Shown in pieces: positions 50,604 to 60,840 of a DNA stretch of 64,000 nt. This DNA comes from Reclinomonas americana ATCC 50394 (lineage: Eukaryota), in contig PS015009.1 in NCBI GenBank assembly GCA_048213135.1, forward strand, positions 620,001 through 684,000, written 5' to 3'. Under the pieces are notes generated by a model that did not search any database, had not been told where the DNA came from, and saw nothing but the letters and a program-made list of their open reading frames with translations. A program made the translations under genes and the position numbers. Every line of letters begins with the position of its first letter. Position 1 is the first letter of the stretch.

Positions 50604-51040
50604 AAAAGATCGTCCTGCTTTATATTGCTTCTATTCTACTTACAGCCGTATTCTCTTACTCGCTGAATGTATTCATGCACGAAACACTGCTTTGGCTTAC
50701 CATTAAAACCATGCTCATCCCCTGTTTCACGTGGAGTATGCTGATGCTGCTGGCCTGGAACAGGCTGAAGGGAGAACGAAGGATGCAATACCTCACGATC
50801 GCCGCGTGGGTATGCGCTATTGGTTCTGCCGCATTGGTGCCTGGCGGCATTTATAATTTTTCAGCTAAATATCCCGATGTCAACTGGTCGTTGTTCAGCG
50901 TGATCTTTTGTGTGGTACTGATGTCTGTTCTGTTTTATATCTGGCTGAAAGCAGCCCGCTTTTCACCGTGGTGGTGGACCGCGTACAATATCCTTGCCAT
51001 TACCAACATGACCATTTTCTATCTTGCTGCCAGGCCCTGA
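50600..51040 (+). CDS. Hypothetical membrane protein (4-5 TM)
   Basis: ATGA overlap with the hydroxylase stop; hydrophobic segments throughout. Confidence 0.7.
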   Translation: MKKIVLLYIASILLTAVFSYSLNVFMHETLLWLTIKTMLIPCFTWSMLMLLAWNRLKGERRMQYLTIAAWVCAIGSAALVPGGIYNFSAKYPDVNWSLFSVIFCVVLMSVLFYIWLKAARFSPWWWTAYNILAITNMTIFYLAARP

Positions 51041-52423
51041 TCATTGTTTACTGCACCAGTCGAGTATCTGCGGGTACAGGTCAGCGATAGTAACACCTTC
51101 CTTCCTGTTGCGGTATAATTGTACTACGTAAGTGTTGAATTCCGGGAACTTAGTGAACCCTCTCCTCTTTTTCATGTTCTGCCCGTTTTTTTCTATGAGC
51201 ATGTCGGCATCAGCCGCGGGAGCATAATCCACATAACGCAGGCTTACCAGCACCCAGTTCATGTATTCGTTGAAACAACTGTATGGCGAGTTATAAGATG
51301 CCGCAGGCTTACCTTTTTCAGCCCATTTGTTCAGGTCAGTGAAAGCGGTATTAATGAGGGCAGTGTACTGCGGCTTGTCGGCCTCGGGATTGATGAAGGA
51401 ATGATTGATCTCTGTAAAAACGATGTTGCCCCTTGCTACAGCGGCGGCTTCAGCACCCAGCGTTTTGAAATCGCCGGGATAAGGAAAGTTAACGTGGGCC
51501 TGCATTTCCTTGAAGCCATTATTATCGAACCAGGTAGCGCTCTGGTTATACGCTACCAATGGCGTGAAGATGATCTTAAAACTGTTGTAATCGCTGGATG
51601 GGAAATGCTTCCGTAACCAGCGGTTCATTTTATCTGTATTAAGCGTATCGCGATAGTAACGCACCTGTTCATCGTACAATGACTGGTGATCATTGAAAAA
51701 AGACAGGAACCCGGTTTGTCGTGCAAAGTCCTGCAGCTGCGCAACAAGACCATCCAGCATATTATCTTCCCCGGCAATGCTGTTGTACACTTTACTTTTA
51801 ACGACCTGTTGCTTTTTATTGAACTCAAAAGCATAAGCGTCCATTTTGGCCGGTGTATAGGCATTGCCTTTCAGCAGCGAGTCGATACTGTGTACAAAAG
51901 GATGTGCGGCGAACCCGGAGAATTTATCCATCACTTCTTTGTAGTAAGCCGATTGTTTGTACACGACGTACGGGTCTTTCTTTCCTGTTTCACTCAGTGC
52001 CATGGCAATGTTCACCAACTCGTACACCTGAGGTACCTCTACGAAAATTTTATTGTTATGAGCGGCTTTATAAGCATCGCTGAACACCGCCTGCTCCACG
52101 AACGCTTTACCGGTGATGCGGGTGAGGGCGGAATCCTTACCATTGAGCAGCACGATAAAATCGTACACATCGTCGGGTTTTACGGTGAACGCGATAGAAT
52201 CCACATCCGTAATAAATTTTACAACCGAGGAGGTTCCTTTTATGGATGCCTTGTATACATCGGGTTTATACTCAGGAGAAATAGTCCAGTTGTTGGTGAA
52301 GCGCTGTTCGCCATTGGTATAGGTGATCACTTTCTGGTTCGACCGGATCACCGGTAATTTGTTCTGTGCTGTGGCTGCGGTCATCAGCCCGGTCATAAAA
52401 AAGACCTGTACTATACGTTTCAT
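51041..52423 (-). CDS. Secreted DUF4932-like protein
   Basis: Signal peptide ending ATA-Q; YELVNIAMAL and TEINHSFINP...NEYM segments resemble DUF4932. Confidence 0.65.
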   Translation of the reverse strand: MKRIVQVFFMTGLMTAATAQNKLPVIRSNQKVITYTNGEQRFTNNWTISPEYKPDVYKASIKGTSSVVKFITDVDSIAFTVKPDDVYDFIVLLNGKDSALTRITGKAFVEQAVFSDAYKAAHNNKIFVEVPQVYELVNIAMALSETGKKDPYVVYKQSAYYKEVMDKFSGFAAHPFVHSIDSLLKGNAYTPAKMDAYAFEFNKKQQVVKSKVYNSIAGEDNMLDGLVAQLQDFARQTGFLSFFNDHQSLYDEQVRYYRDTLNTDKMNRWLRKHFPSSDYNSFKIIFTPLVAYNQSATWFDNNGFKEMQAHVNFPYPGDFKTLGAEAAAVARGNIVFTEINHSFINPEADKPQYTALINTAFTDLNKWAEKGKPAASYNSPYSCFNEYMNWVLVSLRYVDYAPAADADMLIEKNGQNMKKRRGFTKFPEFNTYVVQLYRNRKEGVTIADLYPQILDWCSKQ

Positions 52424-52496
52424 GAAAATACTTTTCACTGTTACGTACCGCACAGGTCAAATGTTACGGTTGATTATAATTTATTTGCCGGTGAAC

Positions 52497-55223
52497 TTAC
52501 ACCACAATGTTCACCATCTTGTTCTTCACATAAATGATCTTCTTTGGCGCTTTGCCTTCCAGCCATTTTTGCACCACGTCATTGGCCAGTACGGCTTTTT
52601 CCACTTCAGCCTGGTCTATGTCCAGCGGCAGCTCCATGCTGGTACGCACTTTACCGTTTACCGACACAGGGTATTCCTTCGAACTTTCGGCCACGTGTTT
52701 CGCGTCGAAAACAGGGTAAGCCGCATTGAGTACACTACCTGCATTGCCCAGTTTGTTCCAAAGTTCTTCGCTGATGTGCGGGGCATAAGGCGTAAGCAGG
52801 ATCAGTAATTGTTCCAGTATCGCCTTTTTGTGGCACTTGATATCGGAGAGTTCATTTACACAGATCATGAAGGTACTCACCGCGGTGTTGAAGCTGAAAC
52901 GTTCCGTATCGTCCTCAATTTTTTTAATGGTGCGGTGCAGTATTTTCAGCTCGGCCGCGTTGGGTGCTTCCTCGTTCCATACCTGTCCTTTTTCCTCGTT
53001 ATAGAACAACCGCCACAACTTGCGCAGGAAGCGGTGTACCCCTTCAATGCCTTTGGTATCCCAGGGTTTGCTTTGTTCTACCGGGCCCAGGAACATTTCA
53101 TACATGCGGAAAGTGTCGGCGCCATATTTATCACAGAGATCGCTTGGATCTACTGTATTAAAATAACGTTTACTCATTTTCTCTACTTCTCCGCCACAGA
53201 TGTATTTACCATCTTCCAAAACAAATTCCGCATCGGCATATTCCTGTCTCCAGTTTTTGAATGCAGCTGTATCCAGTTCGTACCCATCTACCATATTCAC
53301 ATCCACATGTAACTCGTCTGTTTGACCGGCGTATTCATTTTGTCCGATCAGCCCGGCTGATACAAATGTATTGGTACCTTTTATCCTGTACACCAACCTG
53401 CTGCTCCCCTGTATCATTCCTTGGTTCACCAGCCTTTTAAATGGTTCGTCAAAACCGATCAAACCCAGGTCGTATAATACTTTCGTCCACATACGGCTGT
53501 ACAGCAAATGCCCCACGGCGTGTTCGGTTCCGCCAATGTACAGGTCTACCTGGTTCCAGTAATCACTCGCTTTACGATCGCAGAAAGTGGTGGTGTTGTG
53601 CGGGTCCATATACCGCAGAAAATACCAGCTGCTGCCGGCATAACCGGGCATGGTATTCGTTTCCAGTTCCTGCGCCACCCATTCGGGTATATTAGCCAGC
53701 GGGCCCTGTGCATCCGGTCCCGGGGAATAAGAATCTACTTTAGGTAATTCCAGTGGCAGTTCGCCTTCCCAAACACGGGCCACACCATCTTTCCAGGTAA
53801 TCGGGAAAGGCTCGCCCCAGTAACGCTGGCGGCTGAACGCGGCATCACGCATGCGGTAATTCACTTTTCTTTTGCCGATGCCCATCTCTTCTACTTTACC
53901 AATCACCACTTCTATCGCGTCACGCATGGTCATCCCATCCAGGAAACCAGAGTTCTGCAAAATGGCATCTTTGGTGGCATTGGCTTCTTCACCATTGAAA
54001 TGATCGCCGATGATATTGGTAACGGGTATATTAAAATGCTGAGCGAATTTGAAATCCCTTTCATCACCACAGGGCACGGCCATAATGGCGCCGGTACCGT
54101 AACCCGCCAGTACATATTCAGATATCCAGACAGGGATAGGTCTTCCGTCGAAAGGATTCAACGCGTAAGCGCCGGTAAAACAACCGGTGATCTTTTTCTC
54201 CGCCATGCGTTCCCTTTCACTCCTGCTTTTTACATAGGCTACGTATTCTTCCACAGCCGCTTTCTGTTCGGCACTGGTCATGCTTTCCACCAGTTCATGC
54301 TCGGGAGCGATCACCATAAAATCCACACCGAAAATGGTATCCGGGCGGGTGGTGTACACCCTTAATGTTTGTCCTCCTTCCAGTTTGAAATCAATTTCCG
54401 CACCGCTGCTCTTTCCAATCCAGTTGCTTTGCATTTCCTTCATGGCATCGCTGAAATCCACGGTATCGAGCCCTTGCAGCAAACGATCAGCATAAGCCGT
54501 GATGCGCAGGTACCATTGCCGCAGTTTTCTTTTCACCACCGGGTGACCGCCGCGTTCGCTAACACCATTCACCACTTCATCATTGGCCAGTACGGTGCCC
54601 AGCGCTTCGCACCAGTTCACTTCGCCATAGCCGCAATAAGCCAGGCGGCGTTCCATGAGTAGGTCCTGCTGCTCCTTTTCAGAGAAAGCATTCCATTGCT
54701 CAGCAGTAAAATGTTTGGAGCCTTTGCTGGCGTATTTCTGTATAAGATCACTTATCGGGCGGGCCTTCTGTTGCGTATTGCAGAAATAACTGTTGTACAG
54801 CTGCAGGAAGATCCACTGCGTCCATTTATAATAAGCAGGGTCGCTGGTGCGCACTTCCCGTTCCCAGTCGTAACAAAAACCGATCTTATCGAGCTGGCTT
54901 TTGAACGTAGCGATATTTTTTTCGGTGGTATCGGCAGGATGCTGGCCGGTTTCCAGCGCATACTGCTCCGCCGGCAGGCCAAAACTGTCGAACCCCATCG
55001 GGTGCAGCACATTAAACCCTTTCAGCCTTTTATACCGGCTGAAGATATCGCTGGCAATATAACCCAGCGGGTGGCCCACATGCAGTCCCGCCCCGCTCGG
55101 GTAAGGAAACATGTCCAGTACATAATACTTGGGTTTGGGCGAGTCGTTACTCACGCGGTACGTGTGGTCATTTTTCCAATGCTCCCGCCACTGTTGCTCA
55201 ATTTTCCTGAAATCGTATTCCAT
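52497..55223 (-). CDS. leuS: Leucine--tRNA ligase
   Basis: MFPYPSGAGLHVGH, YTTRPDT, GTGAIMAVP, SRQRYWGEP, KMSK. Confidence 0.97.
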   Translation of the reverse strand: MEYDFRKIEQQWREHWKNDHTYRVSNDSPKPKYYVLDMFPYPSGAGLHVGHPLGYIASDIFSRYKRLKGFNVLHPMGFDSFGLPAEQYALETGQHPADTTEKNIATFKSQLDKIGFCYDWEREVRTSDPAYYKWTQWIFLQLYNSYFCNTQQKARPISDLIQKYASKGSKHFTAEQWNAFSEKEQQDLLMERRLAYCGYGEVNWCEALGTVLANDEVVNGVSERGGHPVVKRKLRQWYLRITAYADRLLQGLDTVDFSDAMKEMQSNWIGKSSGAEIDFKLEGGQTLRVYTTRPDTIFGVDFMVIAPEHELVESMTSAEQKAAVEEYVAYVKSRSERERMAEKKITGCFTGAYALNPFDGRPIPVWISEYVLAGYGTGAIMAVPCGDERDFKFAQHFNIPVTNIIGDHFNGEEANATKDAILQNSGFLDGMTMRDAIEVVIGKVEEMGIGKRKVNYRMRDAAFSRQRYWGEPFPITWKDGVARVWEGELPLELPKVDSYSPGPDAQGPLANIPEWVAQELETNTMPGYAGSSWYFLRYMDPHNTTTFCDRKASDYWNQVDLYIGGTEHAVGHLLYSRMWTKVLYDLGLIGFDEPFKRLVNQGMIQGSSRLVYRIKGTNTFVSAGLIGQNEYAGQTDELHVDVNMVDGYELDTAAFKNWRQEYADAEFVLEDGKYICGGEVEKMSKRYFNTVDPSDLCDKYGADTFRMYEMFLGPVEQSKPWDTKGIEGVHRFLRKLWRLFYNEEKGQVWNEEAPNAAELKILHRTIKKIEDDTERFSFNTAVSTFMICVNELSDIKCHKKAILEQLLILLTPYAPHISEELWNKLGNAGSVLNAAYPVFDAKHVAESSKEYPVSVNGKVRTSMELPLDIDQAEVEKAVLANDVVQKWLEGKAPKKIIYVKNKMVNIVV

Positions 55224-55490
55224 CTTCTTTTATCAATTCATTTTATGATCCCGGCGATATATCCCTATTCAGCCTCACAGGCGTCGCACTCTTGTACAGT
55301 GGCACTTTATTCAGCTACCGGGCAATGTGAAAGAAAAGTTATTTCGTCCTTACCGGGACAAGATAATATCTCTTTATAAAAATATCTTTGGCAGGCAATC
55401 GTTTTGCAGGAGGCAAAAGTAAGGCAAAGCAGCTAAAATCCTTTATTTTTGCCCCTCTTTGAAACAGTAAACATAAACCCATCTACGCAC

Positions 55491-56369
55491 ATGGCTCAAT
55501 TCGGAAAAGCAAGCAGCAAACGAGGTAAACCCACATACGCTTATGCCATCATTGGTGTGGCCCTGGTACTGTTCCTCTTCGGGATCGTTGGCTGGTTCTT
55601 CCTTAACCTGCGCAAATCGGGCGACTATCTCAAAGAGAACATACAGGTGCACGCCTGGTTGTACCCCGATGCCGGAAAAAAGAAGATCGACAGCGTTACC
55701 AACCACATCAAGGCCATCCCCTATGCCCGCGATGTACGCTACGTGACCAAGGAAATGGCCGCCGCCGAATGGAACAAGGACAATGATACCACCTGGAAAA
55801 AATTCCTCGATTATAACCCGCTCCCCGAAAGCGTTGACTTTTATGTGAAAGCCGACTATGTGCAGAAAGACAGCCTGAACCGCCTTTCCGCCGACCTGCA
55901 GAACAGCTTTCCCGGGGTGATCAAGGAGTTCCAGTTCCCTACCGAAACCGTAACCAAGATCAGCCAGTACGTAAAAATGGGCGCCATCATCTTCCTGATC
56001 GCCGCTATCATACTCACCATACTTGTGGTATTCTCCATCGATAATACCATCAGGCTGGCTATGTACAGCAACCGTTTCCTCATCAAAACCATGCAAATGG
56101 TGGGTGCCACCCGCTGGTTTATAGCCAAACCCATCAATATAAGGGCCGTCATCAATGGGCTTATCGCTTCTGGTATCGCCATCGCCGCCATCTGGGGTAC
56201 GGTGATCCTGATCGAGAAATTCATCCCCGATTTCAGGCTCCTCCACGATAATGCCAGCCTGGCGCTGCTGTTTGGGGTGATCATCCTGCTGGGCATCTGC
56301 ATTACCCTGCTGAGTACCCACCGGGCAGTGAACAAGTACCTGCGGATGAAGCTGGATGACCTGTATTGA
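55491..56369 (+). CDS. ftsX: Cell-division permease FtsX
   Basis: NPLPES, IDNTIRLAMYSNRFLIKTMQMVGATRWFIAKP; 4-TM architecture. TATTTTTG -7 box at 55444. Confidence 0.93.
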   Translation: MAQFGKASSKRGKPTYAYAIIGVALVLFLFGIVGWFFLNLRKSGDYLKENIQVHAWLYPDAGKKKIDSVTNHIKAIPYARDVRYVTKEMAAAEWNKDNDTTWKKFLDYNPLPESVDFYVKADYVQKDSLNRLSADLQNSFPGVIKEFQFPTETVTKISQYVKMGAIIFLIAAIILTILVVFSIDNTIRLAMYSNRFLIKTMQMVGATRWFIAKPINIRAVINGLIASGIAIAAIWGTVILIEKFIPDFRLLHDNASLALLFGVIILLGICITLLSTHRAVNKYLRMKLDDLY

Positions 56370-56395
56370 CGGGTACTGCTCCCCTGTTTTCTTGT

Positions 56396-56468
56396 GTCAT
56401 ACCGAGGTAACAAGGTATCTCTCATCATAAAAAATGAGATTCCTCCTCTCGTAGGAATGACCAAAAAT
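56396..56468 (+). repeat. REP/REPIN-like element, copy 2
   Basis: GTCATACCGAGGTAACAAGGTATCTCTC...GAGATTCCTCCTCTCGTAGGAATGAC; imperfect inverted ends GTCAT/ATGAC. Confidence 0.75.
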
Positions 56469-56550
56469 CAAATTGCTGCACTAGCTATTGACGGCCGGCA
56501 GCGGAATTTGAAGTATTTCCCCTAAATTGCACACCTATTATTACAAGATT

Positions 56551-56802
56551 ATGAGTATCGAAAAACAAAAACCCGCGTCCAACGAACTGTTTACCAAAGA
56601 CAATTATGTATGGATGCTGATCGGACTGGCGGTACTGGCCCTGGGCTTCTTCCTGATGGCCGGTGGCAAAAGCAGTGACCCCAAGGTGTTCGACGATAAA
56701 GAAGTGTACAGCACCACCCGCATCACCGTGGCGCCCATACTCATCATCATCGGCTTCGTGATCGAGATCTTCGCCATCATGAAAAAACCAAAGGAAAGTT
56801 AA
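56551..56802 (+). CDS. DUF3098-family membrane protein
   Basis: FTKDNY..MLIG...LGFFLMAGG...RITVAPILIIIGF; sits between ftsX and uppP. Confidence 0.88.
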   Translation: MSIEKQKPASNELFTKDNYVWMLIGLAVLALGFFLMAGGKSSDPKVFDDKEVYSTTRITVAPILIIIGFVIEIFAIMKKPKES

Positions 56803-56877
56803 TCCTCCAACTATATTTTATTCCATGCGCTGTATCTTACAGCGCATTTTTATTGAGCCACCTTATAACCAACCTGT

Positions 56878-57669
56878 ATGAACAGCATCCAGTCCATCAT
56901 CATCGCCATAGTGGAAGGTCTCACGGAATTTTTGCCTATTTCCTCTACCGGGCATATGATCATCACCGAAAAAATACTGGGCATCACCGAAACGGATTTT
57001 GTGAAAGTGTTTACCGTGGCCATACAACTGGGTGCCATCCTCGCCGTGGTGGTACTGTACTGGAAAAAGTTCTTCGATTTTAAGAGATTTCAATTTTATA
57101 TCAAACTCGGACTGGCGGTACTTCCCGCACTGATGGCGGGTTACCTGTTCTCCGACCGTATTGACCAGCTGCTGGAAAGTTCCCTCACCGTAGCCATTTC
57201 CATGCTGGCAGGTGGTATTATCTTCCTGTTCATCGACAAAGTGTTCCGCAACCCGGTTATTGATTCGGAAGAAAAAGTATCGTTTCCCAAAGCCATCATT
57301 ATCGGCATCTGGCAGTGCCTGGCCATGGTACCGGGTGTAAGCCGCAGCGCCGCTTCCATCATTGGGGGTATGCAGCAGAAACTTACCCGCAGCGCCGCCG
57401 CTGAGTTCTCTTTTTTCCTGGCGGTGCCTACCATGCTGGCCGCTACCGGGTACAAACTCTACAAATATTACAAAGTACACGAAGGCTTCAGCTCTGCCGA
57501 GATCAAACAACTCGCCATTGGCAATATTGTAGCCTTCATCGTAGCTATGCTCGCTATCCGTTTCTTCATCGGCTTCCTCAAAAAATACGGCTTCCGCGTA
57601 TGGGGCTATTACCGCATCATACTGGGCATTATTTTGCTGGTGCTGATCTGGAAGGGATACATCCAGTGA
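56878..57669 (+). CDS. uppP: Undecaprenyl-diphosphate phosphatase (BacA)
   Basis: VEGLTEFLPISSTGH, IQLGAILAV, PGVSRSAA, AAEFSFFLAVP. Confidence 0.97.
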   Translation: MNSIQSIIIAIVEGLTEFLPISSTGHMIITEKILGITETDFVKVFTVAIQLGAILAVVVLYWKKFFDFKRFQFYIKLGLAVLPALMAGYLFSDRIDQLLESSLTVAISMLAGGIIFLFIDKVFRNPVIDSEEKVSFPKAIIIGIWQCLAMVPGVSRSAASIIGGMQQKLTRSAAAEFSFFLAVPTMLAATGYKLYKYYKVHEGFSSAEIKQLAIGNIVAFIVAMLAIRFFIGFLKKYGFRVWGYYRIILGIILLVLIWKGYIQ

Positions 57670-57824
57670 TAATTACGAATGGGACAATTACGAATTACGA
57701 ATAGCCGTTTTGCAACAGGTTAAGCATATTTCGCTGGCCCGGGAATTCGTAATTGACAAATACCTTCTTCCGGGTATTGTAAATTCCGCTGCTTTTTACT
57801 ACCTATGCCCAAAAATTAACCTGC

Positions 57825-58259
57825 ATGAAACGCTTCTCCACTCTCCTGGCCGCCGTTGCCTGTCTTTTTTTATTCAGCAGTTGCCAGTCGTATGGCAAAG
57901 AATACAAACTGGACGATAAGCACAATGTATATTACAAAGACGGCGTAGACGAAGCCACAGCCAAGAAGCTGGCCCATTACCTGAAAGACCAGCAATACTT
58001 CCAGGACGATATTAATGCCACCGTGCAGGTACTTAAAAGCAAGGATACTTTTGTACTCAACTTTGTAGTGGATAAAGCCAAACTTGATGCTTCAAAAGAA
58101 ACCGCCTTCACCCTTTTCGGCGGATATATTTCCCAGGAAGTGTTCAGCAAAGCGCCGGTAGTGATCAACCTCACTGACAGCCGCCTGAAGCCTTTCAAAA
58201 ATCTCGGCTACTCCAAACCGGCAGATCCCAACGCGGTGGATTCGGTAGATGCAAAGTGA
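57825..58259 (+). CDS. Hypothetical lipoprotein
   Basis: Lipobox FSS-C after a hydrophobic stretch. Confidence 0.7.
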   Translation: MKRFSTLLAAVACLFLFSSCQSYGKEYKLDDKHNVYYKDGVDEATAKKLAHYLKDQQYFQDDINATVQVLKSKDTFVLNFVVDKAKLDASKETAFTLFGGYISQEVFSKAPVVINLTDSRLKPFKNLGYSKPADPNAVDSVDAK

Positions 58260-58482
58260 TCGGTTTCGGTTTCAGGAATACCGTATTACAGGAAGTATCT
58301 CAATTAATATATTTTCCCGCAAAAACAAGAAGAATACTAAGTATACATCATACCTGGTAACCCTTTGTGCCCTTAGCGGTTTGGTGGGAGGCTTATCTGT
58401 TTCCAAACCGAGACACTATCTGCAATAGATGCGGGATGAAGTTTCGTTCCTTTTTAGTACATTCATCCTACATTTTACCGAT

Positions 58483-59919
58483 ATGCAGACTGCTTCCAAA
58501 AAGGTCATCAACGGGTGGGCTATGTACGATTGGGCCAACTCAGTTTATAACCTGGTCATCACCACTACTTTTTTCCCTATTTATTTTGCCAGCGTTGCGC
58601 ATGACAAGCCGCACGACGACACCGTTACCTTCCTGGGGAAGAGCTTCGTCAACGCTTCGTTGTACGATTATTGCCTGGCGGTGGCTTACCTGCTCATCGC
58701 TTTGTCGTATCCCATATTGACTTCCATTGCCGATACCAGGGGCAACAAAAAAAGTTTTATGCGCTTTTTCTGTTACCTGGGTGCTATCGGCTGCAGTAGT
58801 CTTTTCTTCTTCAAAGGTGTGGACTCCCTGGGGCTGGGCGTTATCGGTTTTATGATGGCGGCCATGGGTTATGTGGGCAGCCTCGTTTTCTATAATGCTT
58901 ACCTGCCCGAGCTGGCAGCACCCGAAGACCGCGACCGGATCAGTGCAAGGGGTTACTCTTACGGATATATCGGCAGCGTGATCATGCAGCTGATCGGTTT
59001 TGTGCTGGTGGTAATGATGAGCGATGCCGGCCTGGCTACCCGCATCACCTTCCTGCTGGTAGGCCTGTGGTGGTTTGGGTTTGCGCAGATCACTTTTTCC
59101 AGGCTGCCCGACAATGCGGTGCAGGAAGGCAAAAACAAGGGGAATATTTTTAAGGATGGTTTCGTAGAGGTAAAAAAGGTATACCACGAAGTAACGAAGA
59201 TGCCGGTGCTGAAAAGATTCCTTCGCGGTTTCTTTTTCTACAGTATGGGCGTGCAGACCATGATGCTGGCCGCCGCGCTGGTAGCGAGTAAATTACTGCA
59301 GCTGCCCGATACCAACCTCATCATCACCATCGTGCTCATACAACTGGTGGCCATTCCCGGCGCCATACTCATGAGCCGGCTTTCGGCCCGCTTTGGTAAT
59401 ATCAGGGTACTTATGGGCGTGGTGGTTTTCTGGATACTCATTTGTGTGGCGGCTTTCCAAACAGCATCGGTAGCCGAACCGCTGAAGCCCTATCACGATA
59501 AAATAAAAACGCTGGAAGCGGAAAAGGAAAACGCGAAGACCGCGGGCAATACGGTGGCCGTTACTGATTTTGACCAGCAGATCGCCGTGGTAAAGAAAGC
59601 CCTTGATCCTCAGCAAAAAGGTATCGAATACAGTTTTTACGGCCTGGCTATTTGCGTGGGCCTCGTAATGGGCGGCATACAATCGCTCAGCCGCTCCACC
59701 TATGCCAAACTGATGCCCGAAACCAAAGACACCGCTTCTTATTTTACTTACTATGATCTTACGGAAAAGATCGCCATTGTTATCGGCATGTTCAGTTTTG
59801 GCTATATCGGCGAACTGCTGGGCATGAAATATTCGGTGCTGTCGCTAACGGTATTCTTTGCACTGGGATTGCTGTTCCTCTATTTTGCACTGGTGAAACA
59901 ATTAAGAACGCAAAAGTAA
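58483..59919 (+). CDS. MFS transporter (Atg22/UMF1-like)
   Basis: WAMYDWANS, FYNAYLP, ISARGYSYGYIGS, GGIQSLSRS. Confidence 0.9.
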   Translation: MQTASKKVINGWAMYDWANSVYNLVITTTFFPIYFASVAHDKPHDDTVTFLGKSFVNASLYDYCLAVAYLLIALSYPILTSIADTRGNKKSFMRFFCYLGAIGCSSLFFFKGVDSLGLGVIGFMMAAMGYVGSLVFYNAYLPELAAPEDRDRISARGYSYGYIGSVIMQLIGFVLVVMMSDAGLATRITFLLVGLWWFGFAQITFSRLPDNAVQEGKNKGNIFKDGFVEVKKVYHEVTKMPVLKRFLRGFFFYSMGVQTMMLAAALVASKLLQLPDTNLIITIVLIQLVAIPGAILMSRLSARFGNIRVLMGVVVFWILICVAAFQTASVAEPLKPYHDKIKTLEAEKENAKTAGNTVAVTDFDQQIAVVKKALDPQQKGIEYSFYGLAICVGLVMGGIQSLSRSTYAKLMPETKDTASYFTYYDLTEKIAIVIGMFSFGYIGELLGMKYSVLSLTVFFALGLLFLYFALVKQLRTQK

Positions 59920-59999
59920 ACATTCAAAAAGCCGCAGCCCGGCAGCACGATCTCATTTTTACTTTTTACTTTTGATTTTTGACTGATTAATTTTCTCCG

Positions 60000-60836
60000 A
60001 TGCAACTATACTCTATCAACACCGGTTACTTTAAACTCGATGGCGGCGCCATGTTTGGCGTTGTACCCAAATCGATCTGGAATAAACTCAATCCCGCGGA
60101 TGATAACAACCTCTGCTCCTGGGCCCTGCGCTGCCTGCTGGTGGAAGATGGCAACCGCCTCACCCTTATCGACAACGGGCTGGGCGATAAACAGGACGCT
60201 AAATTCTTCGGGCACTATTACCTGCACGGCGACGATACACTGGATAAATCCCTGGCGCAGCACGGTTTTACGAGGGACAACATCACCGACGTTATCCTGA
60301 CTCACCTGCACTTTGACCATTGCGGCGGAAGTATTGTAAGGGAAGGCGACAAACTGGTTCCCGCATTTAAGAACGCCACTTACTGGAGTAATGAACGCCA
60401 CTGGAAATGGGCCACCGAACCCAATGAAAGGGAGAAAGCCAGTTTCCTGAGAGAAAACATCTTACCCATACAGGAAAGCGGTCAGTTGAAATTTATTGAA
60501 ACACACGGACAAGAGTTCCCCGATGGCATCAGCATCCGCCAGGTGTTTGGTCATACCGACGCGATGATGCTCCCGCAGGTAAAATACAAAGGCAAGACCG
60601 TTCTCTTTATGGCCGATCTGCTGCCTTCCGTTGGACATATTCCCCTGCCTTATGTAATGGGATATGATATGTTTCCTTTGACCACACTTAACGAAAAGAA
60701 ATCCTTCCTCACCGAAGCACTGCAAAACGATTACGTACTATTCTTTGAGCACGACCCGCTCAACGAATGCTGTAACCTCCAGCAAACGGAGAAAGGCATC
60801 CGGCAGAAAGATGTGTTTAAACTGGGAGAATGGTAA
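60000..60836 (+). CDS. Metallo-beta-lactamase-fold hydrolase
   Basis: LDGGAMFGVVP, THLHFDHCGG, GHT, ADL, FEHD. Confidence 0.92.
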   Translation: MQLYSINTGYFKLDGGAMFGVVPKSIWNKLNPADDNNLCSWALRCLLVEDGNRLTLIDNGLGDKQDAKFFGHYYLHGDDTLDKSLAQHGFTRDNITDVILTHLHFDHCGGSIVREGDKLVPAFKNATYWSNERHWKWATEPNEREKASFLRENILPIQESGQLKFIETHGQEFPDGISIRQVFGHTDAMMLPQVKYKGKTVLFMADLLPSVGHIPLPYVMGYDMFPLTTLNEKKSFLTEALQNDYVLFFEHDPLNECCNLQQTEKGIRQKDVFKLGEW

Positions 60837-60840
60837 ATCA

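Noticed and set aside
55224-55420. T-box or attenuator in the ~190-nt leuS leader (likewise upstream of ileS)
   Set aside because: No T-box consensus, terminator/antiterminator pair or Leu-rich leader peptide could be identified.
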